This document shows, piece by piece, positions 34,833-44,200 of a stretch of 49,440 nt of DNA. The notes under the pieces were generated by a model. It saw only the letters and a list, made by a program, of their open reading frames with translations, ran no database searches and was not told the origin of the DNA. The first letter of the stretch is position 1. Each line of letters begins with the position of its first letter. A program made the position numbers and the translations under genes. The stretch spans positions 1 to 49,440 of IMG/VR virus record IMGVR_UViG_3300045988_127364; one strand, given 5' to 3'. Source of the DNA: a virus.

Positions 34833-36413
34833 CTATGCAGCCGCCGATTCACCCCCGGACTGACCGTTGCCAGAAAGACGCGAGCCGCTGCGCCACCAGG
34901 CGTACGACAGGCCGCTGCCGCCACCGACGCAGCGAAGGCCAGCACAGCCCCCGTCCCGGAGGTCGCCGATAGTAAGGCTCTCGCGAGTTCCCGTGACCGT
35001 GTCGGCGTTCTTGTAGACGCCGTCGCACAATCCCGTGGTATCCGACGCTCCGGAGCCGACATGCACCATGGCACCGTTGACGGTCTTGTCGTACAGCGAG
35101 TACTTCCAGCCCTCGGTAGCATCGCCGGGCATATCACCGACGACGACGGCGTTCGCCGGGATGATTCCTGGCTTGTCGTCGGCAGTGCTCTTTGACGCGT
35201 AGATCTTCCAGCCGCCGCCGTCGTTCTTGTACGCGACGTCCTCGATAATCTCGTACATGCCGTGGCCAAGCTCGATACCCTGGATGGTGAACGGCTCACG
35301 GCCGCTCTTGGGGTCGGTGGGCGAGCCGTCTCCAGCGAGTCCGTCGCAGGCTCCCGTGTGCCATGGGCACGTGGAGACGATCATGCCGACCTCGGTTGTG
35401 ATTGGGCCGCAGTCGAGCGTGAGCACGCAGTTGTCCCCGTCGACGGACTTGGAGACGATTCTGGCGGCATCGACGATGTCATGCGCGTTGGTTGCGCCGC
35501 GATCGGGGCTGGCGGTCTTTACGGAGCCGACCATGACCGAGGAGCCGACGGGCCAAGCGGAGACGGAGGACGCGGCGACCGTGACCGTGCTGACGTTCTC
35601 GCCCGCGACGGTGATTGCGGGCTGCTCAGTATGCGCGGTGCATCCGGCAAAAACGCTCTGCGAGTTCTTGGTCGCGTACTTGAGGTCGAACATCCAAAGC
35701 ACGTACATGTGGTCGTAGCGCGACTTGCCGGAATACTGCGCGCCCTTCTTGCGTGTCAACGTGATGACGCTGTCATGGCTAATGAAGCGCTTGACCGGTC
35801 GCTTGGAGATGGATGCCGTGTTGCCAGCGTCATCGATTACGAGCGGGTACTTCGCTCGCAGGATGAACTGTCGCCTATGCTTTCGGTCCGTGAGTCCGTC
35901 AGGCTCAATCGTGTAGCCAGTGGTCTGCGAGTCGCTTACCCAGCGCTGGATGGTGGACTCGCCCTCGACCTCGCGCATGTAGAGCGTCGGGGTCATAATC
36001 CAGACGTCGCCGTTGGAGCCGTCTCGCGCGAAGCGTCCGTCGCCGTTGATTGCGGTGACGTGAGGCTTGCCGACTGCGTCGTAGAAGCCGTTCACCTCCC
36101 AGTAGCGGAACGGCCCGATGCCGAGGTACGGGTCGTTTCCGGCCTTGGCGAACGTGTAGGGCGTAGGCGCGTCGTACTTCGCGTTCTCGCCGAGCTTGGT
36201 TCCCTCGACGGTCTTTCCGGTGGATAACTCGACTCCGTAGGTGAGTCCGTCGCAGCCGGATTCGATCATCGCGGCAACCGATGCGTCGGTGTACCTGTCG
36301 CTGTCATCGTCGAATACGGGTCGCTTGTTGTTCGCTAGCAACTGAATCGACATGGCGATGTCGCCAAGCCCCTCCTTAAGTGTCTCGTCGCTGGCGATGT
36401 GGGTCTTTGCCAT
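34833..36413 (-). CDS. receptor-binding tail fibre protein (DGR target)
   Basis: 526 aa; last structural gene of the tail operon; C-terminal about 45 aa is the VR. Confidence 0.7.
   Translation of the reverse strand: MAKTHIASDETLKEGLGDIAMSIQLLANNKRPVFDDDSDRYTDASVAAMIESGCDGLTYGVELSTGKTVEGTKLGENAKYDAPTPYTFAKAGNDPYLGIGPFRYWEVNGFYDAVGKPHVTAINGDGRFARDGSNGDVWIMTPTLYMREVEGESTIQRWVSDSQTTGYTIEPDGLTDRKHRRQFILRAKYPLVIDDAGNTASISKRPVKRFISHDSVITLTRKKGAQYSGKSRYDHMYVLWMFDLKYATKNSQSVFAGCTAHTEQPAITVAGENVSTVTVAASSVSAWPVGSSVMVGSVKTASPDRGATNAHDIVDAARIVSKSVDGDNCVLTLDCGPITTEVGMIVSTCPWHTGACDGLAGDGSPTDPKSGREPFTIQGIELGHGMYEIIEDVAYKNDGGGWKIYASKSTADDKPGIIPANAVVVGDMPGDATEGWKYSLYDKTVNGAMVHVGSGASDTTGLCDGVYKNADTVTGTRESLTIGDLRDGGCAGLRCVGGGSGLSYAWWRSGSRLSGNGQSGGESAAA
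34870..34970 (-). repeat. DGR variable repeat (VR) at the C-terminus of the receptor-binding protein gene
   Basis: Encodes ..SLTIGDLRDGGCAGLRCVGGGSGLSYAWWRSGSRLSG..; homologous to the TR at 34605-34705. Confidence 0.75.
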
Positions 36414-37150
36414 TAGCTTTCCTCCGTGTCAACTAGGGTCAGGTACTGCGTGTCGCCGACCGTGTCGTAGGTTATGTAGATTTTCTTGTCAGCCGAGATT
36501 GAGCCGCGTGCCTCTTCGGCGGCTTTCAGCGCATCGGTCTTTGCCTGCTCGGCGCCTGCGGCGGCGTTCGATGCCGTGACGGACGAGTCGTTAGCGGAGC
36601 CAGCGGCGGCGTTCGCCTTGCCAGCTGCCTCGTTCGCCGCAGACGCGGCCTTTTCTGCCCTGTCCTTCGACGCGTCAACGGAGGCTGCAGCCGTGTTCGC
36701 CTTTGTTGCGGCGGCGTCGGCCTTCTTGACTGCGGACTCGGCGTTGGTGGCGGCAGTCTTAGACCTCTCGACCGCGTCGGCGCTCTCCTTCTTGACCTGC
36801 TCGAACTTATTGGCAATCTCAAGCTCCGAGTCGGCATAGCTCTGCCTCAGAAGCTCGAGCTGCTTATGCTCCTCGTCGACCCTTCCAATCGCGTCGTCTG
36901 CGCGCTTGGCAGCATCGGTGGCAGGCCGCATCAGGCCAGCAATCTGCTCCTCCGTGAAGTCTCCGTACACGAACGCGTCGCCCTTGAGCGCGACGATTTT
37001 CCAGCTTGCGCTGGGAGGCTGCTCGGTAGTCGGCGAGACGCACATGTAGGAGCTGCCGCCGTGGGACACGACATCGAGTTTGTCGTAGCTGTTCCCGTTC
37101 TGCCACTCGCCTCGGTGGATTACGGCGATTCGCCCAAGGTCTTTAATCAT
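36413..37150 (-). CDS. tail fibre protein with Ala-rich coiled coil
   Basis: 245 aa with a long A/K/E coiled-coil segment; directly upstream of the receptor-binding protein. Confidence 0.5.
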   Translation of the reverse strand: MIKDLGRIAVIHRGEWQNGNSYDKLDVVSHGGSSYMCVSPTTEQPPSASWKIVALKGDAFVYGDFTEEQIAGLMRPATDAAKRADDAIGRVDEEHKQLELLRQSYADSELEIANKFEQVKKESADAVERSKTAATNAESAVKKADAAATKANTAAASVDASKDRAEKAASAANEAAGKANAAAGSANDSSVTASNAAAGAEQAKTDALKAAEEARGSISADKKIYITYDTVGDTQYLTLVDTEES

Positions 37151-37617
37151 CGGTTGTCCCCGCTTTCATAGGTAACGTATCCATGCCCGTCGTCGCCGAG
37201 CGTGAAGTCGATGCTGTCCAGCATGGCCTTGCAGTCTGACCAGACCTTCTCGTACTCGCTCTGGGACGGGTCCGACGGCGCAGGCGCGGTGTCTGCCATG
37301 ACGCGCGGCTCCACAAGCAGCGGCTTGCGCATGAGCGCGTTCGCCACCACGACCGAGTCGCGAGTGCCGATGGCGGTCACATAGACCTGTCCGACCCTTG
37401 CAGTCACCTCAGATGGGACGACATACGCTCCGTCCTCTCGTGCGGCAGGCATGAACTGCTCGCCCGTGGTGCTGGTGAATATGACCCTGATGTCGAGTCC
37501 GTCCCACTCGCCGTCGAATGCAATGGAGATCGCATCTGCGTTGGCGGTGCCCTGCACCAGCCTACGGTCGTCGACGGAGAGCGTCCTGTCGAGGACGGTC
37601 GCGCTGTGGAGCTTCAC
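37147..37617 (-). CDS. tail-associated protein (DFTLGDDGH motif)
   Basis: 156 aa; C-terminal IDFTLGDDGHGYVTYESGD shared with the neighbouring 85-aa gene. Confidence 0.45.
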   Translation of the reverse strand: MKLHSATVLDRTLSVDDRRLVQGTANADAISIAFDGEWDGLDIRVIFTSTTGEQFMPAAREDGAYVVPSEVTARVGQVYVTAIGTRDSVVVANALMRKPLLVEPRVMADTAPAPSDPSQSEYEKVWSDCKAMLDSIDFTLGDDGHGYVTYESGDNR

Positions 37618-37874
37618 TAGTCCACCTCCAGCTTGAGATGCCCGTCGTCGCCGAGCGTGAAGTCAACGGTTCCGTCTCGGAAATAGTTCTTGAGGTTGTT
37701 CACGATGTCCTCGTAGGTCGCCATGCGCTTCACGGAGCCTGCGGCGAAGCAGATGTAGACGGACCTGCCGTCGCTCGCCTCGCTGTCGTCGGACACGACG
37801 ACAGCCCACTCCCCTGGCATCAGCTTTGCCTTGTTGAGGTTCGTGTATGCGCCACGGCGCATCTGGATTGCCAT
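37617..37874 (-). CDS. tail-associated protein (DFTLGDDGH motif)
   Basis: 85 aa; C-terminal VDFTLGDDGHLKLEVD. Confidence 0.45.
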   Translation of the reverse strand: MAIQMRRGAYTNLNKAKLMPGEWAVVVSDDSEASDGRSVYICFAAGSVKRMATYEDIVNNLKNYFRDGTVDFTLGDDGHLKLEVD

Positions 37875-40850
37875 TTAATACCCCCTGTATTGCGGGTCCG
37901 TTGGTGTGTAGTAGTCCCATCCGACGAGCAGCCCCTTCTCGAATGTCAGGACGTAGTCTCGTATGACGTTGTTAAATACGATTGGGATTCGGACCTGACA
38001 GGTCAGCGGGAATCGATCTGTGACTTCCTTGATGAAGTTTTCCCTGTTAAGGAACGAACCGGAACTTTTCTGCGCAATCTCGCCGCCATAGCCGGGAGAC
38101 GAATAGTAGATGTCGATTCCGTTAATGCAGACCCGAACGCCGTTGGCGAATACGCCAACACCAACCGACACGTCATAGCACGGGAGTCCATTGCTGCCAT
38201 ATTCACCAGTTTTTTTCAGCCCGCAATTGACCATGAACGGGTACCCCTGAGAGACGAGCGAGAAGCCAAGCTCACTCTTGTTCGTATCTACTTGATACTT
38301 GATCGGGTTATAGGTTTCACCGAGAACCACCCTCTTGCCGTTGGCATAAAAATCAACCCTCACTCCAATCGCCACGACGATTTTTGAAGAGTCGACGAAC
38401 GCCTGCGCTTTCTCCGTGCACGTAAAGGTATATCCAGGCGGGTTCGAAGCGTTCCCGACCGCCTCCCAGATAGGACTGCCGCCGTCGTCGCACTCGGAAT
38501 ACGTCACCATCTTGTAGTTCTTCGGCTTGATGGTCAGCGCGTCCTGGACACCGCCAGTCATGAACGAGATGCCAGAAGAAGAAACGTTCACGGAATTATC
38601 GTCGTCCCCGATGCTGAGCAGGTTCCTGATTGCGATCAGCTTTGCGTCGATTGACCCGGAGCCGATATAGTCCGCGTTAATGAAAAGCTGGCCGTCCTTT
38701 GTGAACAGACCCTTCACCTTTCCGTTGTCGGTCAACAGGTTGAAAACCTTTTTCTGGTCTAGGCTGTTGACCGTATCAATCGCCTGCTGTGCGTTCGAGC
38801 TTGCCTCAGTGAGGGCCACGTCGTAAACGGGCTGCGTGTACGATTCGCTGCCGTCGCTCCACGTGATATGCAGGCGCTGCCAGTAATAGGTCCCGCCGAC
38901 CCAGCTCGGGACTCCCGTTGACCACGAGCCGCCCGTCGGCGTGTTCGGCGCCCAGCTCAGACAGTATTCTGGCACCGATGACTTGATTCCGCGCCCGTCG
39001 GCGCCAGAGATGCACGCCGGGACTGACTCCACCTGGGAGCCGTCCTGCATCACTGTGATGATTTTGAACCAGATGAAATAGCTGGGGCTTCTCTCTGGAC
39101 ACGCGTCTATCCAGCCGGACGTCGGAGGTATCGTGTTGCTAATCGAGGTAGCGTATTTCATCAAGGTCTTTGCTGCGGCGCTATCGGTGGTCGCGATGTC
39201 CTTGCCGCCGACAGTGGACGACGCACCGAGTTCCAGATTGGCCTCGCCAGTGTCGAGGTCGATGAAGTTGCCGCCCTTCTGGGCACTGATGCGGCCAGTC
39301 TTGATGTAGTTGGCATCTATGCCGATAGCGTAAATCCTGTTGAGAATCGCGTCGCCGTCAGCCGTAAGCCCTGTCGCGTAGGTCTTGCCTGAATCCGTCG
39401 AGATTCCGATACCCTCGGCGGTTATCTTGTAGATAATCCTGGACTCGCCAGTCGTCGGCTTGTCGTGCAGGTAGTAGACGTAGCTGCCGTCGTCCTGCTT
39501 GACCTCGGTGTGGTACATACCCTTTGTGCTTGCAAGCGACTCGCCGAGATTCTTGATGGCAAGGTCCCTGGCGCTCAGCTCGCGCTGAATCTCATTCCTC
39601 GCCTTGACATAGGCAGACGTACTCGCCCCGGCGTTGTCGGCACTGTTGCGGCTGGCGCTCTTGGCTCCGCACGCCACGTCCATGCCGCCGTTGACGGTGT
39701 ACTTCACGCGAGTGACATAGGCTTTATAGACGTTCTGCTTGCGATCGACAACGTATGCGCAGTCCCCGGCCTCGATGCTCGGGACGCAGATGTGCTTGCC
39801 GCTGAACGGGCGGAACCTCATGCCGATGACCTTTTCGGCGATGCGCTCCGCGACTTTACGTCCGTCTCCAGGCAGGATTAGCGGGTTGTTGCTGATAGCC
39901 AAGACATAGCCATCGTTGCCAATCTTGACGGTTTCCCCAGCGACAGTCTCGCTATTCTCTGTGACACTGCGCTCCAACACGCTTACGCCAGTGATTACGA
40001 CGTCATCGGTATTTACAGTGATGCTGCTGAAAGCATAGAGCGTGTGCACCATTCGATTTGCGAAGAAGTCGCCACCATCGACGGAATCTCCGCTGGAGTA
40101 GTCGAGGAAATTGCCTCCGTCCTTGGAAACTCCGGTCGAATACGGGCTGTCGGAGTCGAAAACGCCGCCGTCGCAGCCGTCCTCCGACTCGAAAACCGAT
40201 GTGTCGTACCAAACGGTCCTCAAGTGGCCGTTGTACGTGGCAGATGCGTTGACACAGCAGACCTGGCAGCAGTACGCGAGAACCTGTCGGCACGTCGCGT
40301 TATTGTCGACGTAGCCGAAGTTGAACGTTTCGTCCATCGCCTTGTTGCCGTCATCGTCCCACTTCACGCCGCGATAGCGGCACATCAGGTCTATCACCTG
40401 CCGGATTTGGACGCCACTGTTGAGCCGCAGCTCAGTTGCCTCTACAAACTCGGAGAAAGGCACCTCGAACCTGGAAAGGGTGTCGAGCGCCGAGATTTCA
40501 ATGGTGCCGTTGTAGGCGTCAGGCTGGTTCGCCGTATACAGGCCGCGCTGAATCCACTCGGTTCCGGTCGACAGCTCCTTGCCGACCCACACCTTGAACT
40601 TAGAGTCCGTGAAGTCGCAGGCGTCGAACCTGCCGTCGTGGTTATTGAGCGTGATGTTCATCTGGCCGATAATCGCCGTGCCGATGTCAAACGAGCTGTC
40701 GGACGAAACCTGCTGGTCGAACGAGCAGGAAACGATGTCGTCGCCAGTCAGCTCGCGCACGGTCTTGTCGGCGAAGGCGATTTTCGCCTTGATTAGCTGG
40801 CCGGAATTATCGTTTAGCGACAGCTCGTACTCGCTGCTGATGCTGAGCAT
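37875..40850 (-). CDS. large tail protein (tip/baseplate or endopeptidase-tail type)
   Basis: 991 aa directly after the tape measure and a small tail protein. Confidence 0.6.
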   Translation of the reverse strand: MLSISSEYELSLNDNSGQLIKAKIAFADKTVRELTGDDIVSCSFDQQVSSDSSFDIGTAIIGQMNITLNNHDGRFDACDFTDSKFKVWVGKELSTGTEWIQRGLYTANQPDAYNGTIEISALDTLSRFEVPFSEFVEATELRLNSGVQIRQVIDLMCRYRGVKWDDDGNKAMDETFNFGYVDNNATCRQVLAYCCQVCCVNASATYNGHLRTVWYDTSVFESEDGCDGGVFDSDSPYSTGVSKDGGNFLDYSSGDSVDGGDFFANRMVHTLYAFSSITVNTDDVVITGVSVLERSVTENSETVAGETVKIGNDGYVLAISNNPLILPGDGRKVAERIAEKVIGMRFRPFSGKHICVPSIEAGDCAYVVDRKQNVYKAYVTRVKYTVNGGMDVACGAKSASRNSADNAGASTSAYVKARNEIQRELSARDLAIKNLGESLASTKGMYHTEVKQDDGSYVYYLHDKPTTGESRIIYKITAEGIGISTDSGKTYATGLTADGDAILNRIYAIGIDANYIKTGRISAQKGGNFIDLDTGEANLELGASSTVGGKDIATTDSAAAKTLMKYATSISNTIPPTSGWIDACPERSPSYFIWFKIITVMQDGSQVESVPACISGADGRGIKSSVPEYCLSWAPNTPTGGSWSTGVPSWVGGTYYWQRLHITWSDGSESYTQPVYDVALTEASSNAQQAIDTVNSLDQKKVFNLLTDNGKVKGLFTKDGQLFINADYIGSGSIDAKLIAIRNLLSIGDDDNSVNVSSSGISFMTGGVQDALTIKPKNYKMVTYSECDDGGSPIWEAVGNASNPPGYTFTCTEKAQAFVDSSKIVVAIGVRVDFYANGKRVVLGETYNPIKYQVDTNKSELGFSLVSQGYPFMVNCGLKKTGEYGSNGLPCYDVSVGVGVFANGVRVCINGIDIYYSSPGYGGEIAQKSSGSFLNRENFIKEVTDRFPLTCQVRIPIVFNNVIRDYVLTFEKGLLVGWDYYTPTDPQYRGY

Positions 40851-40853
40851 GGG

Positions 40854-41234
40854 CTACCTCTCGATCAAATCGAAGCTGAGTGTCTTGTATCGCGTGCCAT
40901 CTACCCAGACATACTGGAGCGGAGCTGAGCGGTCGCCGACGTAGAAGCAGCGCGTCTCCATACATCCGTCCATCGCGTCCCAGTAGCGGACGTAGATGTA
41001 CTCCGGGTTGACCGCCTGCAGGATAGCCGCCACTTGGGCGGCGGTCGGCTGTGACCACGTGCACTTGAGCTTGCGCTTCTGGCACAGTCGCTGCTTGTAC
41101 ATGGTCGCGTTCGAGTCCATGACTCGTCCGGCGTCGGAGCCGGACACGTCCTGCAAGCCCCATTCGAGCGAGGACGGGTCCGGCGAGACGGGGCGCACGC
41201 TGTCTGCGCTCGCCCCGATGCTCAGGATTGCCAA
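40854..41234 (-). CDS. tail protein (distal-tail-like small domain protein)
   Basis: 126 aa immediately after the tape measure. Confidence 0.45.
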   Translation of the reverse strand: MAILSIGASADSVRPVSPDPSSLEWGLQDVSGSDAGRVMDSNATMYKQRLCQKRKLKCTWSQPTAAQVAAILQAVNPEYIYVRYWDAMDGCMETRCFYVGDRSAPLQYVWVDGTRYKTLSFDLIER

Positions 41235-41238
41235 GAGG

Positions 41239-44200
41239 CTACTCCAAACTCACCACGCCTCGACGCGCGAGGCTTTCGTTTCCCTTGACGACAGCACGGG
41301 CAAGGTCCTCGTTGCCGACTCGCAGGACGATGGTGGTGTCTCCACCACCGTTGACCTGCTGGCCGCCGAGCTGACCCGTGGTCATCGCGGACTGCACCAT
41401 GGCCTTGGTCATGGCGCTAACCGCAGTCTCAGTCTCGAAGGTTGTCGGGTAACCCTCGTGCGAGGTATAGCGGCTGGACGAGCCGTCGAACGTCGATGCC
41501 GAGGTCGAGCGTGCAAGGTTCTCGGAGTCCTGCAGCATCGACGCCACCTTCGAGCCGTCGAAGCCGTCGCCAATCGCGTTGCCGTATGCCTTGCCGACGT
41601 TCTTTCCGAACTTGGCCGCCTCCTCGGTGGCGTCGAGGGATTCTGCGGTCATATCGGCAACAGCATTGGAAACGGACTTGGCGCTGTCTGAGATGCCGAT
41701 AGCGAAGCCCTCTCCGAAGTAGCCGCCGATTTCCATCGTCACTCGGGACGGAGAGTGGATTCGCAGCTTACGGCGCATCCTGTTGGCCGCGTTTGTCGCA
41801 ATGGCCTCTGCGGTGTTGTAGATGGTCCAGCGAGTGCTCCACAGGCCGTCGTCGAATCCGTAACCGACATACCTTCCGGCGTTCTCATACCATCCTCGGT
41901 AGTCACGCAGACCGTACTCGCCGGATGCAGCTACCGAGTGTGCCGCAGAACGTGCGTTGACTCCCCTGAGTCCGTTTACGAAACTGTTTCCGAGCGCCCT
42001 ACCAGAGCTGCTGGCCGTTCCGTTGCCGTTGCGCAAAGCGTTGGCGGCCCTGTTTGATGCGCTCGATGCCGCCGACACAGCGCCTCCGGCTGCATTTGAC
42101 AATCCGCTCCTGTAGCTGTTCATGACTGCCGTTCCGGCGCTATGGGCAGTTCCAGTGCCGGATCGGAAAGCGGACACGACCCTGCTGCTCACGCCTCGTG
42201 CTGCGTTTGCGGCAGACGCTGCTCCAGCACTGATGCCGTCGCCGTAGCCGCCGGACATGTTCTTGCCTGCGGACTTCGCCTTGGTGTAGCCAGTGCCGCC
42301 GTTGAATCCGGTGACGGCCTTGTCGCGCACGCCCTCGGCCTTCGACTTGACGTTCGCGGCACCGTCGTTGATGCCGTTGGCGAAGCTATCGACCATCGTC
42401 TTGCCGCTGGTCTTAGCCTGGTTCTTAGCGGAACCGAACTCCTTGGCCGTAGCCTCTGAGGTTTTCTTGGCCTCGGACTTGGTGTTCTCCTTCTCGGATT
42501 TCACGCCGTCCGTGGCGCCTTTGGCGTTCTTCTTACCAGCAGCGTTGGACTTGGTGGAGCCAGCACCGAGAACGTCGGCGAACGAGTCTGTACCGGAGTT
42601 CGCTGCGTCCTCGAGTTGCTGGATGAACTGCTTGGACTGCGCACTGGTCGGGTTGTTGACGACTTCCTGCAGCGCCGTCGCCATCTTCTCGGGTCCCGCG
42701 TCGCGCAGTGCCTGAACCATGGAGCTGTTCATGCTCCAGCCCGTAATGGAGCAGAGCTGAATCAGGTTGTCGGACCACTGCTGCTGCACGGCGAGGTTGT
42801 TGGCGAGGTTGTTGTTGACCGTCTCGAGCGACATGCTCGAACCGGTCTCGATGGCGTCGAAGCTGTTGATGGTTTTCTGTGAGAAGCTGTCAATCTGCTG
42901 CGCGACGTCGTCGAACGTCTGCCCGGTGTCCGCGAGGTGCTGCGCGAACTCCTGCTCGGAGAACCCGGCCATGGCGAGCGCGTCTTTCAGGTTGTTGTGC
43001 GACTTCTCGTATTCCCTGATGGAATCGACGTTGTTCTTGACCTGCTGCTCCTCCTCGGACAGGACCTCGTTGGCCTGCTTTGTGGAGTCGGTCGCCTGCC
43101 CGGTGGCGTCGTTCAGGCCGAAGAAGCCTAGTACGGCGTTTCCGATGCCGTCGATGATTGGCTGCAGCAGGGACAGGATGCCACTGAGGGCGGCGACAAA
43201 CACCATGCCTGGGAACGCGGCGATAGCGGCGTTCAGCAGGCCCTGCGCGACCGCTCCAGCCGTCTTTGCAACTGTCATCGCAGTCTCGGCTACGGTCATC
43301 GCTCCAGTTGCGACGGTGCTCGCGCCTAGCTTGGCCGTGTTCGCAGCCACCTCAGCGCCAGCCTTGAGTTCGGCGGCGGCCATCTTGCCAGCGCCCGCAA
43401 CGGTCTTGTCCTGACTGGCCGCGTAGTCCATAGCGGCCAGCTTAGCGGAGTTCAGCTTGTCCTTGGACTGCTCCAAGGCAAGATTGCTCTCAGCAGTCTT
43501 TACGCGCATCGACTGAGTCTTGACGCCAAGTTTCTCGGCGTATGTCGCATTCTCGCCGAGAGCGGAACGGGCCTCGTTCAGCTTGGTTCGCTCGTTGGCG
43601 AGCGCATCCGCGGCGTTTGCCGTAACAGTCTTGGCGTGCTCCGTCGCCTTTGCGGCGAGTTCGGTCTTGTCCCTCGAGATTCCGAGAGCGGACGCGAGCT
43701 TGCCAAGACCCTCCTTGGCACCCTCAGCGCCAGACTTGAGGTTCGACTTGAGGTCGGTCGAGAGCAACCTGACCTTACCGGAGGACTCTGCGGACTTGCC
43801 GCTGATGATTCCGGCCATGGCGCTGAAAGCGGAACCGATTCCCTGCAGCCCCTTGGCGATGCCGTTGGTGACGGCGAGCGCGGTCAGCGCGGCACCGAGC
43901 ATCGTCGCTGCGACGCGAGCGGCCTCGCTGTTGACCAGCAGCTCGAGCATCACCTGCAGGACGGCGTTGATTGCCTGGAAAGCGGCGGCGGCAGTCGTGA
44001 ACGCAACGTCGGCGACAGCCTCCGCGAGATGCAGGACGAGCGTCGCGCCGATGCCTGCGGCCTGACCGAGCTTGCCCAAGGCGTCGACGTTTCGCATGAA
44101 CCAGTCCTGCCAGCTCTGCAGTACGTCGATGCACAGGTAGATGGCTCCGCGCAGCTTGTCGCCAATCCATGCAACCAACTGGATTAGCGCTGTGTCGGTA

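Noticed and set aside
34527-35299. ORFs 34527-34778 and 34532-35299 reading through the template repeat
   Set aside because: They are explained by the TR being a non-coding copy of the VR; one is an alternate frame of the fibre gene, and no independent start or RBS exists.
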